This document shows positions 8,802-18,029 of a stretch of DNA of 64,000 nucleotides, one piece after another. The position numbers were made by a program, and so were the translations under genes. Source of the DNA: an uncultured Chloroflexia bacterium (GTDB lineage Bacteria; Chloroflexota; Limnocylindria; Limnocylindrales; CSP1-4); contig CAWHRB010000001.1 of the NCBI GenBank assembly GCA_963831715.1, positions 15,287-79,286 on the forward strand. Direction: 5' to 3'. Numbering within the stretch: the stretch's first letter is position 1; each line of letters starts with the position of its first letter. A model generated the notes under the pieces. That model was given only the letters and a program-made list of their open reading frames with translations, was not told the DNA's origin and did not search any database.

Positions 8802-10070
8802 ATGGGGACGAAGATCACGGTGGTCGGGGCCGGGAGCACGTACACGCCCGAGTTGGTCGAGGGCTTCGCGCGTCGTGGGGACCGTCTGCCCATCGACGAG
8901 CTCGTGCTGTTCGACATCGATCCCGAGCGCCTGGAAGTCGTCGGTGGTCTGGCACAGCGGATGCTCGACCGGCTGGGCTGGACGGGACGGGTGACCCTCA
9001 CCGGCGATCGGGACGCGGCGATCGACGGAGCCGACTTCGTGCTCCTCCAGCTGCGGGTCGGCGGCCAGGCCGCCCGGCTGGTCGACGAGACGCTGCCGCT
9101 CCGGTTCGGGGTCATCGGCCAGGAGACGACCGGGGCGGGCGGCTTCGCGAAGGCGCTCCGTACGGTGCCCCGGGTGCTGGAGCTGGCGGAGCTCACGGCG
9201 AAGCGTGCGGCCAAGGATGCCTGGATCGTCGACTTCACGAACCCGGTCGGGATCGTCACCCAAGCCCTCATCGACGATGGCCATCGGGCGCTCGGGCTGT
9301 GCAACGTGGCCATCAACCTGCAGCGTCGGCTGGCGGCACGGTTCAACGTGTCGCCGGAGCGCGTCGCGCTCGAACACGTCGGGCTCAACCACCTGAGCTG
9401 GGAGCGTGCCGTCCGCGTCGATGGCGAGGACCGTCTCCCGGATCTGCTCGACGAGGACGCCGACGAGCTCGCTGCGGAGCTGCGCATGCCTTCGGACATG
9501 ATCCGCTGGATGCGGGCCATCCCGTCCTCCTACCTCCGCTACTACTACCTGACGCGGACCGTACTCGCAGAGCAGCAGGATGGCCACACTCGTGCCCGTG
9601 ACGTGATGGATATCGAGGCCCGCCTCCTCGAGATGTACCGCGACCCGACGCTCGATGAGAAGCCCGAGCTCCTCGACCATCGCGGCGGGGCGTTCTACAG
9701 CGAGGCAGCGGCCCAGCTCATCGCCTCCCTGCACGACGGCGCCGGCGACGTGCAGGTCGTCGACGTTCGGAACGACGGCGCGATCCCGGACCTGCCCGAC
9801 GACGCGGTCGTCGAGATCCCCGCCGTCATCGACCGTGACGGCGCCCATCCGGTCCGGCTCGCTCCGCTGGCCGCTGAGCAGCGCGCTCTTGTGCAGGCCG
9901 TCAAGGCCTACGAGGAGCTGACGATCGAGGCCGCCAGGACGGGCGACCGAGCGGTGGCCCTGCGCGCGCTGGCGACGAACCCCCTCGTCGGGGCGGAGGT
10001 CGCGGAACCCCTCCTCGAGGCGATCCTCGAGGCCGATGCCCACCACCTGGAGCGGTTCGCCACCCGCTGA
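8802..10070 (+). CDS. 6-phospho-beta-glucosidase (GH4, NAD-dependent)
   Basis: RBS GGAGGT; KITVVGAGSTYTPE, RVGG, GQETTGAGG, DFTNP, GLCN, GLNHL, RGGAFYSEAA. Confidence 0.93.
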   Translation: MGTKITVVGAGSTYTPELVEGFARRGDRLPIDELVLFDIDPERLEVVGGLAQRMLDRLGWTGRVTLTGDRDAAIDGADFVLLQLRVGGQAARLVDETLPLRFGVIGQETTGAGGFAKALRTVPRVLELAELTAKRAAKDAWIVDFTNPVGIVTQALIDDGHRALGLCNVAINLQRRLAARFNVSPERVALEHVGLNHLSWERAVRVDGEDRLPDLLDEDADELAAELRMPSDMIRWMRAIPSSYLRYYYLTRTVLAEQQDGHTRARDVMDIEARLLEMYRDPTLDEKPELLDHRGGAFYSEAAAQLIASLHDGAGDVQVVDVRNDGAIPDLPDDAVVEIPAVIDRDGAHPVRLAPLAAEQRALVQAVKAYEELTIEAARTGDRAVALRALATNPLVGAEVAEPLLEAILEADAHHLERFATR

Positions 10071-10159
10071 GGGACTGTCCCCACCGCTCATCCCGATAGG
10101 TATCCGTCACGAACCGCTGGCCCGGCTCGTCCACCTCTTCGCGTGTCTTGCGCCATCCT

Positions 10160-13000
10160 ATGCGCCGACATCGACCCTTCCGCCGTTCGGAGACCTTCTT
10201 GTCGTCTAGCTCTCGTTCGCATGCCTACCCACGCCGCCCGGACCGTCCATACACCCCTCGTCGATCCACGGCCGGCTGGCTGGCGGTCATCGTCTTCGTG
10301 TTCCTCGCGGGCATCGGCATCATCGGCGCGCTCTCGGCGGTCAGCGTCTATGCCGCCCTCTCCAACGGTCTTCCGCCCGTCTCCCGCCTCGAGGAGTTGC
10401 GGCTCCCCCAGGAGATCGTCGTCCTCGACAGGACCGGCACGACCGAGCTCGCCCGGTTCGGTGAGTTCAAGCGGGAGGTCGTCCCGTTCGAGGAGATCCC
10501 ACCGATCCTGCTCGACGCGACCACGGCCGTGGAGGACAAGACGTTCTGGGAGAACGCGGGCTTCGACCCGGCGGCCATCGTGGCGGCCGGCCTGGATTCC
10601 ATTCGCGGCGACAGCCGCGGCGCATCGACGATCACCCAGCAGCTCGTCCGCGCCCGCTTGCTCGAGGACGATCTCGTCCAGGATCCGGGACGGACCGTGG
10701 AGCGGAAGCTCAAGGAGATCATCCAGTCGATCCGCCTGACCCGGGCCTATCCGGACGATGCGGGCAAGCGCCGCATCATCGCGGCCTACCTGAACAACAA
10801 CTACTACGGCAACCAGAGCTACGGGGTGAAGGCCGCGGCCCAGTCGTACTTCGGCAAGTCGCTCGACCAGCTGACGCCCGGCGAGGCGGCGACGCTCGCG
10901 GCGTTGCCGCAGTCCCCGTCGAACTACGACCTGGTCCGCAACGCGGTGTCGACCTGCGACGTCGAACTGAACGACGAAGGTGAGTGTCCGCCTGCGGATG
11001 AGCACCTGATCCTCGAGCCGGACACCAAGATCGCCCAGCGCCGCGACGCCGTGCTCGAGCTGATGGCGGCCGGCCGCACGCCGATGTCGGACGGGCAGTT
11101 CAGCCCGGACCAGCTCGAGGCCGAGAAGGGCAAGCCGCTGGAGCTGGCCCGCCAGACGACGCCGCCCTGGAAGGCGCCGCACTTCGTGTGGGCCGTCCAG
11201 GCGGAACTCGCGAGGAAGGTCTGTGGGCCCGACACGCCGACCTGCACGCCGCTCGAGGAAGGCGGACTGCGAGTCACCACCAGCCTCGACTGGGGCCTGC
11301 AGCAGATCGCGGAGAAGTGGGTCAAGGCGTCGACGATCGCCCCGCACAACCGCGACCCGGAGCGATTCGCAACGCGGGGCCTCGGCTTCGACGAATACCC
11401 GGCCTGGATGCGCAACCTCGAGAACAAGGATGTCCGCAATGGGGCGCTCGTCGCGATGGACTACCAGAGCGGCGAGATCGTGGCCCATGTCGGCTCGGCG
11501 AACTACTACGCATCGTCGAACAACCCGAAGTTCCAGCCGCAGTACGACGTCGTGACCCAGGGCTTCCGTCAGCCGGGGTCGGCGTTCAAGCCGTTCAACT
11601 ACGCCGTCGGCATCGACGACGGCGCGTTCACTGCCGGCGACATGCTGATGGACGTCGCGACCGACTTCGGCGGCGGCTACTCACCCACCGATGCCGACAA
11701 CCTTGAACGCGGTCCGGTCCGGGTCCGCGACGCTCTGCAGTTCTCGCTCAACATCCCCGCCGTGAAGGCCATGGCGCTCAACAGCGTCGAGCACATGTTC
11801 GCGCGGGCCAAGGACTTCGGGATGACCTTCCAACGCGAGACGACGGATGCCGGGCTGGCCCTCGCGCTGGGCGTCGCTGAGACCCGCCCGATCGACCTCG
11901 TCGGTGCGTACGGGACGCTGGCCAACGGCGGCGTGCGCGTGGAACAGACCTCGATCCTCCGGATCCAGGACGCCGCGGGCGAGGACATCGAGCTCCCCGC
12001 ACTGCGGGAGCCTGTCCAGGTCGTCAAGCCGCAGTCGGCTTTCATCCTCACGGACATCCTCAGTGGCAACACGAACGAGCGCATCAACCCGTTCTGGGGC
12101 AAGTTCCGGGTCCGAGGGCCCGAAGGGGCGCGCCGGCCGGCCACCCTCAAGACCGGCACGAACAACGATGCCAAGGACCTCAACGCCTATGGCTACATCG
12201 CCCCGCCGACCGATCAAGGGCGGCAGGACGGCGCGTACGCGCTGGCGGTCGGTGTCTGGAATGGCAACAGCGACAACACGCCGGTCTCGACACCGGCGCG
12301 GCCGGTGTTCTCGATCGACGTCTCCACGTTTGTCTGGCAGGGCTTCCTCCAGGAGGCGACGGAAACGTGGGAGATCACCCGCTTCTCCCGACCGGACAGC
12401 GGGCTGACCCAGGTCGCGATCGACCCGCTCACCGGGATGCTCCCCTCCGGGCAGACCGAGGGCGTCGATGAGTGGTTCCTGAGCGGCAGCGAGCCCACCA
12501 GCAGGTTGCCGGCGGCTCGCTGCGGGATCCAGGCGCTGGAGGCCACCCGGCACGAGCCCAAGTTCCCGAACTGGATGGACGCCGACCGCGACTGGCTGCG
12601 GCGAGCACAACGTGGCGTGGGGGTCGCCGGCGGCCCGGATCGGACCCGGACGGCGTACTTCTACAACGGCCAGTTCAGCCCGTACGGGCGGACGTGGCGG
12701 CCGTTCGTGACCCGCAACAACTGCGGGGCGTCACCCAGCCCGTCGCCGAGCTGCATCCCGTTGCCGACCCCCGACGAGAACGGCGTGGTCCCATCGCTCG
12801 AGATCCCGTCGCCCTCCGGTTCCGAGGTCGCGGCCGTGCCGTGCCCGCCGGCATCGGTCGAACCCAGCCCGAGCGAGGAGGTGCCGCCGACCCCGGAGCC
12901 CACCTCGGAACCGACGCCCGAGCCGACCACGGAGCCGACGCCCGAGCCCACCCCGGAGCCGACACCCGAGCCGACCGAACCGCCGGCCGAACCTTCCTGA
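10160..13000 (+). CDS. Class A penicillin-binding protein (transglycosylase + transpeptidase)
   Basis: N-terminal TM; ED..F, GASTITQQL and RKLKE (GT51); SAFK, SLN, KTGT; C-terminal PTPE repeats. Confidence 0.93.
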   Translation: MRRHRPFRRSETFLSSSSRSHAYPRRPDRPYTPRRSTAGWLAVIVFVFLAGIGIIGALSAVSVYAALSNGLPPVSRLEELRLPQEIVVLDRTGTTELARFGEFKREVVPFEEIPPILLDATTAVEDKTFWENAGFDPAAIVAAGLDSIRGDSRGASTITQQLVRARLLEDDLVQDPGRTVERKLKEIIQSIRLTRAYPDDAGKRRIIAAYLNNNYYGNQSYGVKAAAQSYFGKSLDQLTPGEAATLAALPQSPSNYDLVRNAVSTCDVELNDEGECPPADEHLILEPDTKIAQRRDAVLELMAAGRTPMSDGQFSPDQLEAEKGKPLELARQTTPPWKAPHFVWAVQAELARKVCGPDTPTCTPLEEGGLRVTTSLDWGLQQIAEKWVKASTIAPHNRDPERFATRGLGFDEYPAWMRNLENKDVRNGALVAMDYQSGEIVAHVGSANYYASSNNPKFQPQYDVVTQGFRQPGSAFKPFNYAVGIDDGAFTAGDMLMDVATDFGGGYSPTDADNLERGPVRVRDALQFSLNIPAVKAMALNSVEHMFARAKDFGMTFQRETTDAGLALALGVAETRPIDLVGAYGTLANGGVRVEQTSILRIQDAAGEDIELPALREPVQVVKPQSAFILTDILSGNTNERINPFWGKFRVRGPEGARRPATLKTGTNNDAKDLNAYGYIAPPTDQGRQDGAYALAVGVWNGNSDNTPVSTPARPVFSIDVSTFVWQGFLQEATETWEITRFSRPDSGLTQVAIDPLTGMLPSGQTEGVDEWFLSGSEPTSRLPAARCGIQALEATRHEPKFPNWMDADRDWLRRAQRGVGVAGGPDRTRTAYFYNGQFSPYGRTWRPFVTRNNCGASPSPSPSCIPLPTPDENGVVPSLEIPSPSGSEVAAVPCPPASVEPSPSEEVPPTPEPTSEPTPEPTTEPTPEPTPEPTPEPTEPPAEPS

Positions 13001-13041
13001 CGCGTCACGCGACCGTCATCGGGTGACGCCACGATGAGCGC

Positions 13042-14571
13042 GTGAACGGACAAGGTCGACCCATCGCGCTCGCCGGGCTCGCCGGCGCGGCGGCGGCCGC
13101 ACTCGGCATCGGTGTGTCCGAGGCGATCGCCGGCGTGATCGCCGGCGCGACGTCGCTGGTCGACGCCATCGGCCAGGTCGTGATCGACCTCCAGCCGCCC
13201 GGCGCCAAGGACTTCGTCGTCGAGCTGTTCGGGACGAACGACAAGCTCGCCCTCGAGATCGTAGTGACGCTCGCCGCGCTCGCACTCGGCGCCGCGTTCG
13301 GCGTCCTGGCCACGCGTCGGTTCCTGTTCGGGGCACTTGGCTTCGCCGCGTTCGGCGTCGTGGGGTTCCTGGCTGGACTCGGCCAGCCGCTGGCGATGCC
13401 CGCCATCGTGGCCGTCCAGGCTGCCGCCGCGACCGCCATCGCCATCCAGACGTTGTCGTGGCTGCTCGGCCGCCTCGCGTCGGCCCCGTCCGCGCCGAGC
13501 ATCCCGGACCCTGCCCGTCGGTCGTTCTTGCTGCGGACGACCGCGGTAGGCATCGGCGCCGTCGCTGCCGGCGTGTTCGGTCGGAACGCGATCGCCTCGG
13601 GCAACACCGCGCCGGCACCGTCGATCCCGCTGCCACCACCTGCCGAGGTGGTGCCGCCCTTGCAGGCGGCCGCCGACCTTTCCCCGTCGACGCCGGGCCT
13701 GACGCCGATCGTCGTGCCCAACGACCAGTTCTATCGGATCGACACCGCACTCCTGGTGCCGTCGCTCGATACGGCGACGTGGCAACTCCGCATCCACGGC
13801 CTCGTCGATCGTGAGACCACGCTCACATGGGACCAGCTGATCTCGCTGCCCATGTTCGAGCAGTACTGCACGATCGCGTGTGTCAGCAACGAGGTCGGTG
13901 GGCACCTGGTCGGCAATGCCAAGTGGACCGGCGTCCGACTGCGGGACGTCCTCGACATCGCCGGCCCGACATCGTCGGCGACCCAGCTCGTCGGCCGGTC
14001 GGTCGACGGCTGGACGGCAGGGATGCCGATGGCCTGGATCACCGATCCGGATCGTGAACCGATGATCGCCGTCGAGATGAACGACGAGCCTCTGCCGCGC
14101 GCCCACGGCTACCCCGCCCGTCTCATCATCCCGGGGCTCTTCGGCTACGTGTCGGCCACGAAGTGGCTGTCGGAGCTGGAACTGACGACGTGGGAGTCGT
14201 TCGACGCGTACTGGGTGCCGCTCGGCTGGTCGAAGGAGGGCCCGATCCTGACGCAGTCGCGCATCGACACCCCGCGCGGGAACGTCCCAGCCGGACGGGT
14301 ACCGATCGCAGGCGTCGCGTGGGCCCCGGACCGCGGCATCAGCAAGGTCGAGGTGGGGATCGACGGGGAATGGCGCGAGGCACAGCTGTCAGCGCCCATC
14401 ACCGATGCGACGTGGGTCCAGTGGGTCTACACGTGGGAAGCGACGCCAGGTCCGCACGACATCTCGGTCCGGGCCACCGATGGCACCGGAGCGCTCCAGG
14501 AGGAGATCCCATCGCGACCGGCACCCGATGGAGCGCGCGGCTGGCACGCAGTCTCCGTCGACGTCGCCTGA
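13042..14571 (+). CDS. Membrane-bound molybdopterin oxidoreductase (sulfite oxidase family)
   Basis: TM helices, internal RRSFL, FYRIDTAL, CVSNEVGG, WTGVRL, HGYPARL, KWL, C-terminal dimerisation domain. Confidence 0.9.
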   Translation: MNGQGRPIALAGLAGAAAAALGIGVSEAIAGVIAGATSLVDAIGQVVIDLQPPGAKDFVVELFGTNDKLALEIVVTLAALALGAAFGVLATRRFLFGALGFAAFGVVGFLAGLGQPLAMPAIVAVQAAAATAIAIQTLSWLLGRLASAPSAPSIPDPARRSFLLRTTAVGIGAVAAGVFGRNAIASGNTAPAPSIPLPPPAEVVPPLQAAADLSPSTPGLTPIVVPNDQFYRIDTALLVPSLDTATWQLRIHGLVDRETTLTWDQLISLPMFEQYCTIACVSNEVGGHLVGNAKWTGVRLRDVLDIAGPTSSATQLVGRSVDGWTAGMPMAWITDPDREPMIAVEMNDEPLPRAHGYPARLIIPGLFGYVSATKWLSELELTTWESFDAYWVPLGWSKEGPILTQSRIDTPRGNVPAGRVPIAGVAWAPDRGISKVEVGIDGEWREAQLSAPITDATWVQWVYTWEATPGPHDISVRATDGTGALQEEIPSRPAPDGARGWHAVSVDVA

Positions 14572-14602
14572 CCCACGGGGCGTTTGGGTATAGAGTCGAG
14601 TC

Positions 14603-15184
14603 ATGCCGCGACGGCGCTACATCTTCGATCCGCCCGACCGTTTCCTGGCCGGGACCGTGGGCCAACCGGGCGATCGGACCTTCTTCCTCCAGGCCCGCGA
14701 GGGCGGGCGTGTCGTGTCCGTGGCACTCGAGAAGGTGCAGGTCGCGGTGCTCGCCGAGCGGCTCGGTGCGCTCCTCGACGAGCTCGACCTGCGGGGCATC
14801 GCCGACCCCACCGAGGCCGAGCCTGGCGCCACGCCGCCGGCTGAAGCCACCGTCGAGAGCGAGGTCCTCGACGAGCCTCTGAACGAAGCGTTCCGGGCCG
14901 GCTCCCTGACACTCGGCTGGGACGGCGGGGCGGAGCGCGTCCTGGTCGAGGCGCGCGCACAGGACGACGACGGCGAGGCCATCGACCCCGACGAGGACGA
15001 CGACGAGGACGACGACGGCCCGGACCTGCTGCGCGTCCGCATGACCGCTGCGGCAGCGCGGACGTTCGTCGCTCGCGCGACGCAGGTCGTGGCGTCGGGC
15101 CGTCCGCCGTGCCCACTGTGCGGGGCGCCGCTCGATCCGCGGGGTCACATCTGCCCGCGGCGCAACGGCCACTACGTGAACTAG
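14603..15184 (+). CDS. DUF3090 family protein
   Basis: GTVGQPGDRTFFLQA, LEKVQV, GRPPCPLCG.PLDP.GHICPRRNG. Confidence 0.88.
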   Translation: MPRRRYIFDPPDRFLAGTVGQPGDRTFFLQAREGGRVVSVALEKVQVAVLAERLGALLDELDLRGIADPTEAEPGATPPAEATVESEVLDEPLNEAFRAGSLTLGWDGGAERVLVEARAQDDDGEAIDPDEDDDEDDDGPDLLRVRMTAAAARTFVARATQVVASGRPPCPLCGAPLDPRGHICPRRNGHYVN

Positions 15185-15203
15185 GCGACCGCGTGCTCGA
15201 TCG
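15175..15203 (+). repeat. 29-bp direct repeat, left copy
   Basis: CGTGAACTAGGCGACCGCGTGCTCGATCG, identical to 16609-16637. Confidence 0.92.
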
Positions 15204-15263
15204 TCGGCCGGCCGCTCATTCGATTCGGGGCCCCGGCGGCGAGACATTTCCCCGCAGCGCGGC

Positions 15264-16607
15264 GTGAAGTACGATGCCACGACCGTGGCACTCCGCGTCC
15301 TCCGGCTAGTCGCCGTCGCATCGATCTTCGCCTTTGTGCTCACCGCGCGCACGGTCATGCCGACCCACGCAAACACGGTTGACCCGGCCACCGACCCGTC
15401 GCCCGCGGACGTCGATCTGTCTCCGACCGGTCTCGGTGCGGAGCCACCCGATGCACCGCCGCCCGACCCAGCGCCGGTCGAGGTGGAGCCTCCTCCCGAA
15501 GACCCCGTCGAGCAGGCCCCGCCGAACCCGCCAGCCACCGACACGCCAGGGACTGTCTTGCCGCCGACCGATCCTCCGGTCGCGGCGGAGCCGCCTCCCG
15601 CCGACACGGTCGAGCCGGCCCCGACCGACCCCCCACCCACCGATACGGTCGAGGCGGTCGAGCCGCCGCCGGTCGGGGAGGAGCCGCCTCCCGAAGGCCC
15701 CGTCGAGCCGGCCCCGACGGACCCGCCACCTACCGACACACCAGGGGGTGTCTTGCTGCCGACCGATCCTCCGGTCGCGGCGGAGACGCCTCCCGCAGAC
15801 GCCGTCGAACCGGCCCTCACGGACCCGGCGGGATCGGACCCGACCGTATCGCCGGTCCCCGACCGGGCCACCATCGCTGATCCAGCTCACTCCGACCCGT
15901 CCGCGGCCGACCCGGCTCCGCCGGTCCCGTCGACTCATCGGTCGTCCGAGCCTGTCCCGCCCGTCGCCGACGATCCGGCGCAAACAGCGACGGCGCCCGT
16001 CACTGCCATCGTGAGCACCCTGGCGAAACCGACGGACGGCGGGTCAGGTGGACCAGCCCAACCTTTGGCCCTCCATTCGGCGGTCGCCGCCGGGGCCGGG
16101 CTCGCGGCCGGACTTGTGGTCACGAACCAAGCCCCAAGCACCGTAGCGGTCGCCATCGAGTTCGGACGCGCCGGCGGTGGCTGGGCCGGCGCGATCGTGT
16201 TCAACGTCTGGCTCCGCCGGCAGATGCGCATGCGTCGCATCAGCCAGCGTCAGCTCGCGGCCCTCGCCGGCATCGACCACTCCACGATCTCGCGGCTGCT
16301 CCGGGAGGATCGACGGCCGTCGCTCACGACGGCGACGAAGCTCGCCGGGGCCCTCAGGAAGGTGCCAGGCGAGCAAGCTGAGCCCGAAACAGCCGACTAC
16401 TTCGAACGCAACCCGGAGGAAACGGTCTTCCCGGCGAGAAGGGTGGAGTTGGCCCTCAGGGCCGACGAGCTGCTCGATGAGGAACAGGTCCGGCATCTGA
16501 TGAACATCTACCTTGACACCCGTCGTCGGCACCAGGCAGTAGGGACGAGTCCGTCCGCGCCCACCCGCGCCGGGCCAGCGGGCGCCGCCCCAGACCCGCG
16601 CCGCTGA
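15264..16607 (+). CDS. Pro/Thr/Asp-rich repeat protein with C-terminal XRE-family HTH domain
   Basis: Hydrophobic N-terminus, internal ~65-aa repeats (15486 vs 15681), then SQRQLAALAGIDHSTISRLL...RRPS HTH. Confidence 0.72.
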   Translation: MKYDATTVALRVLRLVAVASIFAFVLTARTVMPTHANTVDPATDPSPADVDLSPTGLGAEPPDAPPPDPAPVEVEPPPEDPVEQAPPNPPATDTPGTVLPPTDPPVAAEPPPADTVEPAPTDPPPTDTVEAVEPPPVGEEPPPEGPVEPAPTDPPPTDTPGGVLLPTDPPVAAETPPADAVEPALTDPAGSDPTVSPVPDRATIADPAHSDPSAADPAPPVPSTHRSSEPVPPVADDPAQTATAPVTAIVSTLAKPTDGGSGGPAQPLALHSAVAAGAGLAAGLVVTNQAPSTVAVAIEFGRAGGGWAGAIVFNVWLRRQMRMRRISQRQLAALAGIDHSTISRLLREDRRPSLTTATKLAGALRKVPGEQAEPETADYFERNPEETVFPARRVELALRADELLDEEQVRHLMNIYLDTRRRHQAVGTSPSAPTRAGPAGAAPDPRR

Positions 16608-16608
16608 G

Positions 16609-16637
16609 CGTGAACTAGGCGACCGCGTGCTCGATCG
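16609..16637 (+). repeat. 29-bp direct repeat, right copy
   Basis: Identical to 15175-15203; contains the GTG start of the SCO1664-family gene. Confidence 0.92.
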
Positions 16638-17364
16638 CGCTTCGGCGCTTGAAGTGCTCCGCGACGGCGAGATCGAGGTCGTCGGGCGCATCCTGGGGTC
16701 GAGCAACAACGCGCTCTTCGTGAACGTGTCGCTGCCATGCCCGGATCCCGCCGAGCCGGCGCGTGTCCTCGAGGCGATCCACAAGCCGACGATCGGCGAG
16801 CGGCCGCTCGACGATTTCCCGGACGGGACGCTCACCCGCCGCGAGGTAGCCGCCTACCTGGTCTCGGAGGCGAGTGGCTGGGATGTCGTGCCACCGACGG
16901 TCCTGCGCGATGGGCCGTTCGGCGAAGGCATGGTGCAGGCCTTCATCGAGCCGGATCCCGGCGTCGACGTCATCGGCTGGATCAACGACGACGACCCTCG
17001 CCTTCGCCGGATGGCCACGTTCGACGCGGCCGTGAACAACACGGACCGCAAGGGCGGCCACATCCTCCCGGTCGACGGCGGACGGCACGTCTACGGCGTC
17101 GACCACGGGGTGTGCTTCTCGGTCGTGCCGAAGCTCCGGACCGTGCTGTGGGCCTGGCGCGGCGACCCGCTGCTCCCCGACGAGCTGGGAGGGCTCGAAC
17201 GGATCCGCGACGCACTCGATGGCGGTCTCGGCGCGGACCTGCGGTCGCTCCTCAGCCGGGCCGAGGTACGGGCGACCATCCGGCGGGTCGACGACCTGCT
17301 CGCCCGGAAGGTGTTCCCGCTCCCCTCCCCGACCTGGCCGGCGATCCCCTGGCCGCCGATCTGA
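16627..17364 (+). CDS. SCO1664 family protein (PI3/4-kinase-like fold)
   Basis: SSN, KP.IGERPL.DFPDGTL..REVAAY, NNTDRKGGH, GVDHG, KLRTVLW, WPAIPWPP. Confidence 0.9.
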   Translation: MLDRASALEVLRDGEIEVVGRILGSSNNALFVNVSLPCPDPAEPARVLEAIHKPTIGERPLDDFPDGTLTRREVAAYLVSEASGWDVVPPTVLRDGPFGEGMVQAFIEPDPGVDVIGWINDDDPRLRRMATFDAAVNNTDRKGGHILPVDGGRHVYGVDHGVCFSVVPKLRTVLWAWRGDPLLPDELGGLERIRDALDGGLGADLRSLLSRAEVRATIRRVDDLLARKVFPLPSPTWPAIPWPPI

Positions 17365-17397
17365 CCCTCCCGGCGGATCGGTGAACCGGAAAAAGTG

Positions 17398-17429
17398 AGA
17401 CCCGGCGGACTTGGGCGTCCGCCGGGTCT
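17398..17429 (-). terminator. Intrinsic terminator (probably bidirectional)
   Basis: 13-bp stem AGACCCGGCGGAC/GTCCGCCGGGTCT between convergent genes, with a T-run on the minus strand. Confidence 0.75.
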
Positions 17430-17442
17430 TCGTTGCTGCGGA

Positions 17443-17913
17443 TCAGGCCCGACCGAAGAGGGCCTTGATGTTCGTCTGGAACAGGTAGTACAGGATGATC
17501 ACTTGGATGGCGACGCTGATGACCTGGCCCGAGATGTCGCCTCCGCCGATGATGGTGGCGGCAGACAGCCCCAGGCTGATGATGGACAGCGCCACGCCCA
17601 GGGGCCAGGCCCAAGGCTTGAGCGTCCACGCGCCGTAGGCGAAAGCCAGGCTCGCGATCCCTGTGACCAGGGCGACGACGCCGAAGATGGCCCCGAGCCC
17701 GAACAGGCCTGCGGCGCCGGTCGAGGCGGCGAGGAATCCGCCGAGTCCCACGAGGGCCACGCCGCCGAGGATCCCGAGCACGCCGCCGATCGCGGAGAGC
17801 ACCGCGAGGACCGTGATCCCGGTCGGGCGAGCGGCGGTCGGCGCAGGCGTGGGTGTAGTCGGTGCAGGTGTCGGTGTCGGTGCCGGTGTCGGTGTCTGTG
17901 TAGGTTCGACCAT
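17443..17913 (-). CDS. Hypothetical membrane protein (4 TM)
   Basis: RBS GGGAGG; PT-rich N-terminus, RPTGITVLAVL, YGAWTLKPWAW, ILYYL. Confidence 0.75.
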   Translation of the reverse strand: MVEPTQTPTPAPTPTPAPTTPTPAPTAARPTGITVLAVLSAIGGVLGILGGVALVGLGGFLAASTGAAGLFGLGAIFGVVALVTGIASLAFAYGAWTLKPWAWPLGVALSIISLGLSAATIIGGGDISGQVISVAIQVIILYYLFQTNIKALFGRA

Positions 17914-18029
17914 GCTGTGCAGGTGCCTCCCTCTGATGGCCACGCTATGGCGGCCTCCGGGCATGGTAGCCCCAAGTCCCGGTCTGACAAGGGCCTCGTC
18001 GGGGCCCAACGATGGTCCTGTGTGCGCGA

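Noticed and set aside
12885-12985. 12-bp-period repeats at the end of PBP1A
   Set aside because: They encode an ordinary PTPE low-complexity tail.
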